A DNA stretch of 64,000 nucleotides from Rickettsiales bacterium (GTDB lineage Bacteria > Pseudomonadota > Alphaproteobacteria > Rickettsiales > UBA3002): positions 859 to 64,858 of the forward strand of contig JBJXEM010000007.1 of assembly GCA_046154225.1 (NCBI GenBank). Reading direction: 5' to 3'. Below are positions 35,604 to 44,277 of this stretch, piece by piece. The notes under the pieces are model-generated. The model did no database searches, was not told where the DNA came from, and saw only the letters and a program-made list of their open reading frames with translations. Made by a program: the position numbers and the translations under genes. Each line of letters begins with the position of its first letter. The first letter of the stretch is position 1.

Positions 35604-35798
35604 TTAATCGCGTTCGTCGATCCACGCCATTTGAATGGCCTCGAGGATTTTTTCGTTGCAGCCATCGGGGGCGTCGGTGAATCCCGGCAGGGAAACCACC
35701 CATTGGCGCAGGTCGGTGAAGCGCAGGTTGAGGTTGTCCGCCTGCGGATACAACTCATCCAACGCGATTGCAATTTTCTGTACATCAGTCCAACGCAT
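35604..35798 (-). CDS. iscX: IscX (YfhJ)-like Fe-S assembly protein (64 aa)
   Basis: MRWTDVQKIAIALDELYPQADNLNLRFTDLRQWVVSLPGFTDAPDGCNEKILEAIQMAWIDE aligns along its full length with E. coli IscX as recalled. GGAGA lies 6 nt upstream. Confidence 0.7.
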   Translation of the reverse strand: MRWTDVQKIAIALDELYPQADNLNLRFTDLRQWVVSLPGFTDAPDGCNEKILEAIQMAWIDERD

Positions 35799-35861
35799 GA
35801 TTAATCTCCGACTTATCAAAAAAAACTTAAAACGATTCACTTGCATAAAAAGGTTTAGACT

Positions 35862-36254
35862 ATGCCCGTCAATAAGGCCATGCCCATCCTGATCGTCGAT
35901 GATTATAAAACCATGCTGCGCATTGTGCGCGGCCTTCTCAACCAGCTCGGCTTTACCAATATCGACGAAGCGACCGACGGCACGATGGCGTGGGACATGG
36001 TGCAGAAAAAACCCTACGGCCTCATTGTGTCGGACTGGAACATGGAGCCCATGTCGGGGTTCGAGTTTTTAAAACTGGTGCGCACCAACGCCAACCCGGC
36101 CATTAAATCGCTGCCGTTCATCATGGTCACGGCGGAAAGTAAAACCGAGAACATCATTGCGGCGAAACAGGCAGGTGTCAGCAATTACATCGTGAAGCCA
36201 TTCAACGGCGTCACACTCAAACAGAAACTCGAAGCTGTTTTTGGCGCATTTTAG
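35862..36254 (+). CDS. cheY: chemotaxis response regulator CheY
   Basis: ILIVDDYKTM, LIVSDWNMEPMSG, IMVTAE and YIVKPF (Asp pocket, T, K). Confidence 0.9.
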   Translation: MPVNKAMPILIVDDYKTMLRIVRGLLNQLGFTNIDEATDGTMAWDMVQKKPYGLIVSDWNMEPMSGFEFLKLVRTNANPAIKSLPFIMVTAESKTENIIAAKQAGVSNYIVKPFNGVTLKQKLEAVFGAF

Positions 36255-36266
36255 GGATTTTTTGTT

Positions 36267-36803
36267 ATGGCGAGCACCACTATTACCGAAGCGCAGCTTA
36301 AAAAAGAGATCGAGAAAATCGGCGAGTACATTAGCCAAGCGAAAGCCGAAATCGCCGCTATTTCATTGCATCAGGAAGAGTCCGGCAGCGACAAAAACAT
36401 CGCCCATGCCACACTCGAATTAAACGAAGTGGTGCGCCACACCGAGGAAGCCACCAACAGCATCATGGACAAAGCCGAAGCCATTATGGCGCTCGCCGGA
36501 AACGTCAGCGATGCCGATACAAGCGCGAAACTGGGCGAATATGCGGTGAACATCCTAGAAGCGTGCAGCTTTCAGGACATCACCGGCCAGCGCATTAAAA
36601 AAGTGCTCAAAACGCTGCAACAAATCGAGCTGCGGGTGGGCAACCTGATTAAATTATTCGGGGGCAATATGCCTGCCGGGTTGCAGATCGGCGAAATAGA
36701 GACCACCCCTCGCCGTGCCGACGAAGACCTGCTGAATGGCCCGCAAATGGGCGGCGATGGTGTTAGCCAAGCTGATATCGATAAGCTGTTCGGGAATTCC
36801 TAG
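36267..36803 (+). CDS. cheZ: CheZ-like CheY-P phosphatase (short alphaproteobacterial type)
   Basis: ILEACSFQDITGQRIKKV (catalytic D..Q motif), located directly downstream of cheY. Confidence 0.7.
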   Translation: MASTTITEAQLKKEIEKIGEYISQAKAEIAAISLHQEESGSDKNIAHATLELNEVVRHTEEATNSIMDKAEAIMALAGNVSDADTSAKLGEYAVNILEACSFQDITGQRIKKVLKTLQQIELRVGNLIKLFGGNMPAGLQIGEIETTPRRADEDLLNGPQMGGDGVSQADIDKLFGNS

Positions 36804-36844
36804 AACCTGTTGCTTTCCCGGCATGTTGGGTCATAACAAACACC

Positions 36845-39800
36845 ATGGCCGCTCATCGCCGAATGCTTTTCCTATCGCTTGTGTCTGTGGTGCTCATCAC
36901 CGCGACCGCGGCGATGGCTGCGCAAATTTCGGCGCAGACGCGCAGTAGCTATCAACGAATCAGCTTCACGTTCAACGCCGAACCCCAAATGCAAATCAGT
37001 GGCGGCGGCACGGCCTTGGTGCTCAGTTTTAACCAACCACTTGAGCAGCCACCTAGCGCCATTAGCAACAAACTACGTGGTTACGCAAAAAGCGTCACCC
37101 TCTCGAACGATGGCAAGCAACTCAGCATCGCCCTCACCAAACCATTTCGCACGCGCCAGTTTCGCAGCGGCACCACCGTCGGCCTCGACCTGATCGGCGC
37201 GCCCGATGAGGCCGCACTTGCGCAAACCCAAACGGCAGTGCCCGAGGCACCGAGCGCCGCCACGCCCAATGAAAAACCATTGCCGCCAAAAACTGAAAAA
37301 CGCCTGCCGAAAAACGAACCACGCGCGACTGCCGCCAAACCGCCCGCCACAAAATCTAAGCCGCCCGAAAAGCCCAAGGCGGAACCGGCACCCGTGGATG
37401 CTATTTTAAGCACAAAAGCCGCAACGCCTGAAAAACCCGAGGAAGTGCTGACGACCAAAGCAGCGCCTGCGCCTAAAGCTGAGCCCAAGCCTGAATCTAA
37501 GCCCGAGCCTGTGCTTGCCGCCGAACCCAAGCCTGAACCCGCCCCTACCGCCGAACCCGCAACGCCTGCGCCCGTGGCGAAAGCTACGCCGCCCGTTGAA
37601 GCCAAAACCTCGCCTGAAGCCGCGCCCGAGAAAAAAGACATCCCCTTCATCGTCACCGGCAAAACCACTGGCAACGGTACCGTTATCGACTTCCCGTGGC
37701 AGGGACGCACGGCGGCCGCCCTGTTCGAGCGCGCACGCGATATTTGGCTGGTATTCGATCACCCGGCGGATGCCAATGTGGCGCTGCTGCGCACCATCCT
37801 ACCCAAGGGCGTGGTCGATGTGACGCAATTCGCCCTGCCGGGTGCCACAGTACTGCGTTTGACCACCGACGGGTCGTTGCACGCGCGCGCCACGCAATCC
37901 AAAGGCGAATTTAACTGGAAAATTACCCTCGGCACCAGCGCCCAGCCACCCACGCTCGACACGCCGGTGACAGGCGACTCCACCAACGGCGAGGCGAAAT
38001 TGGTCATTGCCGCGTTCGATGCCGCCGACCCCATTCGTTTCTACGACCCGCGCATTGGCGATTTGCTGCTGGCCATCCCCACGTTTGAGTCCGGGCGCGG
38101 CATCAGCAATCTGAAATCGTACCCAGAACTGAGCGTCCTCGCCTCGGGTCAGGGCATCACCCTCACCAGCAACCGCGACGACCTCACAACCAGCCGCAAT
38201 CGCAACGGCATCACCGTCAGTGCGCCCGGAGGCTTGGCGATTTCCGGCAACCTCTCGACCCTGACGCCAACAGCGGTGCCCGTGCCCGGCACGTCCGCGC
38301 TGTCGGACGTGATGATTCCCTACGACCAATGGTATGTCGCGCCCGAATTATTTGTCGATACCCGTGCCGCGCGATTGCGTGCCGTGGCCAACGCCTCCGC
38401 CGCCACCAAACCCGATGCGCTTTTGCAAATGGTGAGCCTTTACCTAGGCCAGGGCCTTGGGGCAGAGGCCGCAGGTTACCTCGCATTACTGCGTGAGCGC
38501 TACCCGGATTATTACACCGCCCGCAAGCTCGCGCTGCTCGATGGTGCAGCTTCGTTCATGCAAGGCCACCTTGATGCCGCGCAGAAAGCAATTTCCGCAC
38601 CGGAACTGAGCGACGTGACCGAAGCGCAATTATGGCGCGAGGCCGTAGGGCTTTCGGCCCCCGAGGCGAGTGAAATTCAGAAGCTGCAAAATACCGTCAC
38701 ACAGGGCGGCGCGCCCGCGGCACCACCCGCACCTGCGCCTGCGCCGGCTGCCGATGACGATCAGGACGCGGGCGATAAACCATCCGCCACTCCCAGCGCC
38801 GCTAGCGCGCGCCCCCCGTTTCGTTTCCTGAAATGGAACAAGCCCTACATTCATTTCTATCCACCGCGCATTCGCCAGCGCCTCGCCATTACCGCCGCCG
38901 ATGCGTACCTTGAAAACGGGCAGGACGACAAAGCCCTCGCCGCCTACGAAACCCTGAACCGCGACGGCATTTTAACACCGATCAAGCATTATGCCGAAAT
39001 CACCATCGCGGAAATTGCCGCGAGCCGTAACCAAACCAAACAGGCGCTCGAAGCCTTCGACACCTTAAGCGACCAGAGCGACGATCCCTACATCAGCACC
39101 CGCGCGCGGTTCGACGGCGCAATGTTGAGCCACAAACTCGGCCTCTTGAGTGACGACGACACCGCCGAGATTCTGGAACGCCTGCTGCTAGGCTGGCGCG
39201 GCGACGCGCTGGAACGTAAAATCCTCGACAGCCTCGTGATGCTCTACCGCGACGCAAAACGTTACGATGCCATGTTGCGCAGCTGGCGCAAAATCATCGA
39301 AGACTTCCCGGGCGATCCGCAAATCCTGAAAATTTCCGGCGACATGAGCCAACTTTTCCAAGAACTGTTCCTCGGCGACGCACTCGACGAACAACCACCG
39401 CTGAAAGCACTCGCGCTGTTCTACGAATTCCGCGATTTAACCCCCGTTGGCGATACGGGCGACCAGATCATCCAGAAACTGGCCGACCGCCTCGCCGCCG
39501 TCGACCTGCTCGACCGCGCCACCCAGTTGCTGGAAAATCAGGTAAAGTTCCGCCTCAGCGGTGAGGAACGCTCGCGCGTGGGTGCGCGCCTGGCGCTGCT
39601 GTATTTGCTCAACCAACAACCACAGGAAGCGCTGAATGTACTGCAAATCACCAATTTCGGCACCAATGCAGGCGAGCTGCAAACCAACCGCCAGCAACTT
39701 ACGGCCGAAGCGTTAAGCAAACTTGGTAAAAACACCGAAGCGTTGAGCCTGATTTTTAACGACTCCACCCACAAAGGCACACTGCTCAGGCTCGACCTAT

Positions 39801-40156
39801 TATGGGGACTGCAGGATTGGCCCAATGTCATCAACCGCGCCGAGGATATTCTGGCGGCGCGGGCCAACCTCACCGCCACCCTCACCACCGAGGAAACCGA
39901 TGTGCTGCTGAAGCTGGCTCTCGCCTATGCGTTCGAAGGCGACAGCAATCAGCTGAAATTCCTGCGCGAATTCTACGGCCCCCTCGTGCCTGATAGTGCC
40001 TACAGGGAAATTTTCAATTTCATCACCAGCGACACCGCCCCGCTGGATGCCGCCGACCTGGCGCTGCTCACCAAACAGATCAGCAACACCGAAAGCTTCA
40101 TGACCGATTTCAAAGCCAAAATCGCCGCCGGGAAATTGAGCGATACGGTGAAGTAA
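36845..40156 (+). CDS. large periplasmic hypothetical protein (1103 aa) with Pro/Ala/Lys/Glu-rich linker and helical-repeat (TPR-like) C-terminal half
   Basis: Signal-like N-terminus MAAHRRMLFLSLVSVVLITATAAMAAQ. A ~150-aa PEPKPA-type low-complexity region follows. The C-terminal half is rich in A/L helices. Confidence 0.65.
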   Translation: MAAHRRMLFLSLVSVVLITATAAMAAQISAQTRSSYQRISFTFNAEPQMQISGGGTALVLSFNQPLEQPPSAISNKLRGYAKSVTLSNDGKQLSIALTKPFRTRQFRSGTTVGLDLIGAPDEAALAQTQTAVPEAPSAATPNEKPLPPKTEKRLPKNEPRATAAKPPATKSKPPEKPKAEPAPVDAILSTKAATPEKPEEVLTTKAAPAPKAEPKPESKPEPVLAAEPKPEPAPTAEPATPAPVAKATPPVEAKTSPEAAPEKKDIPFIVTGKTTGNGTVIDFPWQGRTAAALFERARDIWLVFDHPADANVALLRTILPKGVVDVTQFALPGATVLRLTTDGSLHARATQSKGEFNWKITLGTSAQPPTLDTPVTGDSTNGEAKLVIAAFDAADPIRFYDPRIGDLLLAIPTFESGRGISNLKSYPELSVLASGQGITLTSNRDDLTTSRNRNGITVSAPGGLAISGNLSTLTPTAVPVPGTSALSDVMIPYDQWYVAPELFVDTRAARLRAVANASAATKPDALLQMVSLYLGQGLGAEAAGYLALLRERYPDYYTARKLALLDGAASFMQGHLDAAQKAISAPELSDVTEAQLWREAVGLSAPEASEIQKLQNTVTQGGAPAAPPAPAPAPAADDDQDAGDKPSATPSAASARPPFRFLKWNKPYIHFYPPRIRQRLAITAADAYLENGQDDKALAAYETLNRDGILTPIKHYAEITIAEIAASRNQTKQALEAFDTLSDQSDDPYISTRARFDGAMLSHKLGLLSDDDTAEILERLLLGWRGDALERKILDSLVMLYRDAKRYDAMLRSWRKIIEDFPGDPQILKISGDMSQLFQELFLGDALDEQPPLKALALFYEFRDLTPVGDTGDQIIQKLADRLAAVDLLDRATQLLENQVKFRLSGEERSRVGARLALLYLLNQQPQEALNVLQITNFGTNAGELQTNRQQLTAEALSKLGKNTEALSLIFNDSTHKGTLLRLDLLWGLQDWPNVINRAEDILAARANLTATLTTEETDVLLKLALAYAFEGDSNQLKFLREFYGPLVPDSAYREIFNFITSDTAPLDAADLALLTKQISNTESFMTDFKAKIAAGKLSDTVK

Positions 40157-40167
40157 TTTTTTTATTG

Positions 40168-40321
40168 AACGACAGTCGAAGCAACCAAAAACCCAAATTT
40201 TGTCATTCCCGCGAAGGCGGGAATCTCCTTTGCCGTTTGCGCTAGGGATTGAATGGGATTCCCGCCTTCGCGGGAATGACAAAGCGAGAGCTGTACGAAA
40301 ATTACGCAAAACGACGATAAT
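40168..40321. mobile_element. MITE-like element family B, copy B3 (diverged termini)
   Basis: Core arms TTTGTCATTCCCGCGAAGGCGGGAATC (40198-40224) and GATTCCCGCCTTCGCGGGAATGACAAA (40257-40283). The termini are degenerate: CGACAGTCG / ACGACGATA. Confidence 0.7.
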
Positions 40322-40329
40322 AGCGACGT

Positions 40330-40584
40330 TTATTCCGAATCCACGCGTTTATAATCGCCGTCGATCACGGTGATGGTGGGCGGAGCGTCCTCAGTCACGG
40401 GCGGAACGCCGGGGGTTGGATTCAAAATACCTTTGGCGATGAGATACGTTTTCAGGTGCGCCCACACCACCGCGATCAACCCAATCGCGAACAGTGCCAG
40501 CAATAGCCACAGTGACACCCACACCGCAAACGCGAGGCCGAGCAACAGCACCGCAAAACCCACCATCTGCATAATCCACGGCAT
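40330..40584 (-). CDS. small membrane protein (84 aa), coupled to fliP
   Basis: Two predicted TM helices. Its ATG overlaps the fliP TGA by 1 nt. Confidence 0.55.
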   Translation of the reverse strand: MPWIMQMVGFAVLLLGLAFAVWVSLWLLLALFAIGLIAVVWAHLKTYLIAKGILNPTPGVPPVTEDAPPTITVIDGDYKRVDSE

Positions 40585-41522
40585 CAGTTCACACCGAAGC
40601 TGCGAACGAGTGAGCCAGCCAGCATGTACCAGCCGTCGATCAGCACGAAGAAAATCACTTTGAACGGCAGCGAAATCACGACCGGCGGCAGCATCATCAT
40701 GCCCATCGCCAGCAGCACCGAGGCGATGACCATGTCGATGATGAGAAACGGTACGAAAATAAGGAACCCGATTTCAAACGAGCGGCGCAATTCGGAAATC
40801 ATGAAGGCCGGAATCACTACGGTGTAGGGCACTGTTTCGGGTGTTTCGACTTTGGTTTTGCTGATGTCAACAAACAGCTGCAAATCCTTCTCGCGCACAT
40901 GGTGCATCATGAAATCGTGGAATGGTGCGGCGGCAAGCTTCAGCCCTTCTTCCTCGCTGATTTTTTCGGCGATGAGGGGCTTGATGCCATCGTCGTAGGC
41001 TTTCTGGAACGTGGGAGTCATGATGAACATGGTGAGAAACAGCGCCAGCGCCACCAGCACTTGGTTGGGCGGGGTGTTTTGCGTGCCCATGGCGGTGCGC
41101 ACGAAGCTGAGCACAATGATAATGCGCATAAAGCTCGTCACCATAATCAGGATCGAAGGCGCGAGGCTCAGTACGGTCAGCAACACCAGCACCTGAATAA
41201 TCCGCGCGGTTGAGGACCCGCCGCCGCCAGCATCGAGGCTAAGGCTCTGTGCCTGCGCGGCTAGGGGCGACAGCAGCAGTGCCAACATGACTGCAGCAAA
41301 ACAGGACCCAACAAATGTCACTCTATATTTACCTCTCCCTTGGGAGAGGTCGAAATCATTCTGCATGATTTCGGGTGAGGGCGTGCGGCGCTTCAGAACG
41401 CCCTCACCCGAAATCCCCTCTAACTCCCCCCGCTTGCAGGGGGAGTTAGAGGGGATTTCGACCTCTCCCAAGGGAGAGGTAAAAAAGTTGGCTGCTTTGT
41501 TCATCAATGCTCGCACGTTCAT
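40584..41522 (-). CDS. fliP: flagellar export apparatus protein FliP (N-terminus carries or is preceded by a family D palindromic element)
   Basis: IIQVLVLLTVLSLAPSILIMVTSFMRIIIVLSFVRTAMGTQNTPPNQVLVALALFLTMFIMTP and later sequence are typical FliP. ATG 41522 forms an ATGA overlap with the fliO stop. An alternative GTG near 41306 lies 10 nt after GGGAGAGG. Confidence 0.85.
   Translation of the reverse strand: MNVRALMNKAANFFTSPLGEVEIPSNSPCKRGELEGISGEGVLKRRTPSPEIMQNDFDLSQGRGKYRVTFVGSCFAAVMLALLLSPLAAQAQSLSLDAGGGGSSTARIIQVLVLLTVLSLAPSILIMVTSFMRIIIVLSFVRTAMGTQNTPPNQVLVALALFLTMFIMTPTFQKAYDDGIKPLIAEKISEEEGLKLAAAPFHDFMMHHVREKDLQLFVDISKTKVETPETVPYTVVIPAFMISELRRSFEIGFLIFVPFLIIDMVIASVLLAMGMMMLPPVVISLPFKVIFFVLIDGWYMLAGSLVRSFGVN
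41329..41482. repeat. family D nested palindromic element, copy D2 (~154 bp)
   Basis: The outer arms TACCTCTCCCTTGGGAGAGGTCGAAAT / ATTTCGACCTCTCCCAAGGGAGAGGTA are reverse complements. Inner hairpins: ATTTCGGGTGAGGGCG..CGCCCTCACCCGAAAT and CCCCTCTAACTCCCCCCgcttgcaGGGGGAGTTAGAGGGG. Confidence 0.85.
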
Positions 41523-41788
41523 GCCTTCTTCTCGAACCGTTCGATGATTTCTGCCTTGTCGGCGGTGATGAGTAACAGATACTCGCGATCGTCGGCGCGT
41601 ACCAGCGTGAGTTTTCGCCGCGGGTCGAGATACAACACATCGACGACGGCCAGCCGCCCCTGCCCGCCGGTAATGCCGCGCAAACGCTTGTCCATGCCGG
41701 TGCGCTTTGCCAACACCGCCAAGCCCCAAATGAGCGCGATGACAAATGCGAGCGCCAGAAAAAACCGGGTGAAATCGACCGTTTCCAC
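41519..41788 (-). CDS. fliO: flagellar biosynthesis protein FliO
   Basis: Single N-terminal TM (FFLALAFVIALIWGLAVLA), then VVDVLYLDPRRKLTLVRADDREYLLLI, located directly upstream of fliP. Confidence 0.75.
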   Translation of the reverse strand: METVDFTRFFLALAFVIALIWGLAVLAKRTGMDKRLRGITGGQGRLAVVDVLYLDPRRKLTLVRADDREYLLLITADKAEIIERFEKKA

Positions 41789-42124
41789 TTACGCCTCCGG
41801 CTTTTTGAGGTAGGCTTTCGCCGCGCGCTGACGCTTGTCGAGCGCGTCCATGTCGTCGCCCAATTCGGCTTTGGCGGCTTCAATTGCACCCGCCAACTGT
41901 GTGAGGCGCTCGTTCAAATGTTCAAGCTCCGGTGCGTATTCTTTGGACTCTGCTGCAGGCAGCGCCAGCACGCGTTGGCACAACACATCCACCACCGTGT
42001 CGAGCCCGGCGAGGCGCACGGTATCGCCCACTTTCAGCAAAGCCTCGGCCGCAACCACATAGCTTAAAATATCGCCGAGCAATTGTTCGGGATGTTGCTC
42101 GCGGCCGATGTCAGGGAGCTGCAT
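41789..42124 (-). CDS. hypothetical protein (111 aa) in flagellar export operon
   Basis: The ORF abuts the fliO start. It is helical and acidic. No motif recognised. Confidence 0.5.
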   Translation of the reverse strand: MQLPDIGREQHPEQLLGDILSYVVAAEALLKVGDTVRLAGLDTVVDVLCQRVLALPAAESKEYAPELEHLNERLTQLAGAIEAAKAELGDDMDALDKRQRAAKAYLKKPEA

Positions 42125-42458
42125 GCGATTCCTTTCCGCGCGGTTTCAAGGCGGCATTGGCCTGATACACGTAGGCGAGAATTTCGGCAACCGCCGCGAA
42201 TGCCTCGAGCGGAATGGGCGAATCGACGTCGACCAGCGACAGGATTTCCACCAGCTCCGCATCCTCGCGCACCTTGATGCCACGGTCGAACGCGATGGCC
42301 AAAATTTGCTCCGCCGCCGCCCCCCGGCCCGAGGCCAACACCATGGGCGCGTCATCCGTCGCGCGGTCGTAGCCCAACGCCACCGCTTGCGTGAACGCGG
42401 CAGGCTTTTTGCCACGGCTGTCGGTTTCGCGCAGGTCGATATCGGTTTTATCGGTCAT
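42111..42458 (-). CDS. FlhB C-terminal-domain-like protein (EscU/YscU/HrcU family fragment)
   Basis: APMVLASGRGAAAEQILAIAFDRGIKVREDAELVEILSLVDVDSPIPLEAFAAVAEILAYVY parallels the C-terminus of FlhB in this window (APKVVAKGADDVAARIRELATKNKVPIVRNPPLARILYETAELDEVIPLAHYQAVAKIIGYVY). It lacks the NPTH site. Confidence 0.75.
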   Translation of the reverse strand: MTDKTDIDLRETDSRGKKPAAFTQAVALGYDRATDDAPMVLASGRGAAAEQILAIAFDRGIKVREDAELVEILSLVDVDSPIPLEAFAAVAEILAYVYQANAALKPRGKESHAAP

Positions 42459-42712
42459 TTCGGCGCCTTTGGGGTATCGAGGAGCGACAAGTCGAACTCG
42501 CCCTCCATGAAATCCGCATCATCCCCACCGCCAGTGGCGGCCGCCATGTTTTCGGCCAGAATTTTGTCGTAAATTTCTTTTCGCAGCACGGTCGCTTCCG
42601 GTGGAAAATCGAAGCCGATTTTCACCGTTTTGCCGCGCACCTCAACGACGGTGAGCTCAATCGAGTTATTGATAACTATCGACTCGCCAATCTTGCGCGA
42701 TAAATACAGCAT
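42455..42712 (-). CDS. csrA: carbon storage regulator CsrA
   Basis: MLYLSRKIGESIVINNSIELTVVEVRGKTVKIGFDFPPEATVLRKEIYDKI. ATGA overlap with the next gene. Confidence 0.85.
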   Translation of the reverse strand: MLYLSRKIGESIVINNSIELTVVEVRGKTVKIGFDFPPEATVLRKEIYDKILAENMAAATGGGDDADFMEGEFDLSLLDTPKAPK

Positions 42713-42790
42713 GAAGACCTACTGGTGACTGCGTGACCTACTGGTAGATATGGCTTAACACGAATAGTGCTATTTCCGCCAGCGAGAATT

Positions 42791-42876
42791 TGTCATCCCG
42801 GGCTGTGCCGGAATCTGCCGTACGACGCACGCATTGCTTGTTGTTGCGCGGATCTCGGGACAAGCCCGGGATGACA
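42791..42876. repeat. palindromic repeat family A, copy A3
   Basis: TGTCATCCCGGGCTGTGCCGGAATC ... GATCTCGGGACAAGCCCGGGATGACA. Confidence 0.8.
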
Positions 42877-42910
42877 GCACAAGACACATCGATATTTTAT
42901 TCTTGCAAAC

Positions 42911-42927
42911 TAGGTAAAAATTACCTA
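42911..42927 (+). promoter_or_regulatory. palindromic site TAGGTA-N5-TACCTA (putative UAS of flgB promoter)
   Basis: Perfect palindrome about 80 bp upstream of the -24 element. It has the same half-site family as 21630-21687. Confidence 0.45.
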
Positions 42928-42997
42928 TATTACACCTATACGAGATGGGGCGCTTTCACCCTGCATGTATCGGCTAGGCTTCCGCGTTTATTGTAAC

Positions 42998-43017
42998 TGG
43001 CATTGTGTTTGCATAGT
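42998..43017 (+). promoter_or_regulatory. sigma-54 type promoter upstream of flgB
   Basis: TGGCATtgtgtTTGCATAGT. The spacing and extended -12 (TTGCATAGT) are identical to the promoter at 21777. Confidence 0.65.
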
Positions 43018-43054
43018 GTAGTGAAAAATGCAGTCATAAAAGGAGCTTTCGACC

Positions 43055-43456
43055 ATGCCCGCACCCATTCTGCACCAAATGTTGGCGACCAGCCTGCGCT
43101 ACAATATGCAGCGGCAGAAGGTGCTGGCGAGCAACATCTCGAACATCGATACCCCCAAATATCAGGCCTATGACGTAAAAAAGCCCGACTTCGCCAAAAT
43201 GGCCGAAGCCAGTGGGCAGCTCCAGTTGTTGTCCACCTCAGGCACGCATCTCACGGGCACACTTGGCGTCGGCCAGAATTTCCGTAGCGACAAAAACCGC
43301 AAGCCGTTCGAAATCACGCCCGTCGGCAACTCGGTGGTGCTGGAAGAGCAAATGGCAAAAGTGTCGGACACCACCGCCAGCTACGAATTCTCGAGCACGA
43401 TGCTGAAAAAATTCACCGGCCTTTACAAAACCGCCCTCGATAACCGCGGCAGTTAG
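43055..43456 (+). CDS. flgB: flagellar basal-body rod protein FlgB
   Basis: AAGGAG SD. Motifs: VLASNISNIDTPKYQA and the C-terminal SYEFSSTMLKKFTGLYKTAL. Confidence 0.85.
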   Translation: MPAPILHQMLATSLRYNMQRQKVLASNISNIDTPKYQAYDVKKPDFAKMAEASGQLQLLSTSGTHLTGTLGVGQNFRSDKNRKPFEITPVGNSVVLEEQMAKVSDTTASYEFSSTMLKKFTGLYKTALDNRGS

Positions 43457-43464
43457 GAACGTTT

Positions 43465-43872
43465 ATGGATCTCGTCGACACCATGCATATTTCCGCCGCC
43501 GGCATGCGGGCGCAGTCCGACCGCTTGCGGGTGGTGTCGCAAAACATCGCCAACGCCGATTCCGTCGGCACGCGGGCGGGCGATTTACCGTATCGCCGCC
43601 AAACCATCAGCTTCAAAGACAGCGTCGACCGCGAAACGGGGCTGAAACTTGTGGGCGTCAACCGCATCAGCGGCGATAACAGCGAGTTCCCGCGCAAATA
43701 CGAACCGACCAATCCGAATGCCGACCCGCAGGGTTATGTGTTCTATCCGAACGTGAACCCTATCATCGAAACCATCGACATGCGCGAAGCACGACGGGGT
43801 TATGAAGCGAATCTCGACGTCATTCAGGCATCGAAATCGATGCTCAGCCAGACCATCAATTTACTACGCTAA
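43465..43872 (+). CDS. flgC: flagellar basal-body rod protein FlgC
   Basis: ISAAGMRAQSDRLRVVSQNIANADS, YPNVNPIIETIDMREARRGYEANLDVIQASKSML. Confidence 0.9.
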   Translation: MDLVDTMHISAAGMRAQSDRLRVVSQNIANADSVGTRAGDLPYRRQTISFKDSVDRETGLKLVGVNRISGDNSEFPRKYEPTNPNADPQGYVFYPNVNPIIETIDMREARRGYEANLDVIQASKSMLSQTINLLR

Positions 43873-43904
43873 CACCACAAAAAAAATAACCGAGGGAGAA
43901 TTTT

Positions 43905-44243
43905 ATGGACGCACGTTTCAGCCAGGCCGCAGGTGCTTATCAAGACGCATTTCGCGCCGCGCAGCGCATACTTGAACAAACCAGCAGCGCCGCACCCGAC
44001 AGCCGCCGCGCACCAAACATCGGCGACACCAGCTTCCTCGATTACGTCAGCGACTCGCTGAAAAGCGCCGCCGCCAGCGGTTACAAAAGTGAAGTGACAG
44101 CCACCAAGGCCCTCACCGGCAAAGCCGACCTGACGGATGTAGTGACCGCCGTGGCCGGGGCCGAAACGGCGCTCAACACCGTGGTCGCCATCCGCGACAA
44201 AGTCATCAGCGCCTATCAGGACATCATTAAAATGCCGATTTAG
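43905..44243 (+). CDS. fliE: flagellar hook-basal body complex protein FliE
   Basis: C-terminal LTDVVTAVAGAETALNTVVAIRDKVISAYQDIIKMPI, located after flgBC. Confidence 0.8.
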   Translation: MDARFSQAAGAYQDAFRAAQRILEQTSSAAPDSRRAPNIGDTSFLDYVSDSLKSAAASGYKSEVTATKALTGKADLTDVVTAVAGAETALNTVVAIRDKVISAYQDIIKMPI

Positions 44244-44277
44244 TGCGTGAGGGTTACGCTCCTTTACATAAAAACGT

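Noticed and set aside
42746-42800. Sigma-54 promoter for the csrA-fliP operon (TGGCGGaaataGCAC on the minus strand), and TGGCAG motifs at 44405-44440 upstream of fliQ
   Set aside because: The GG-to-GC spacing is 10 rather than 12 nt in the first, and the -12 GC is absent in the second.
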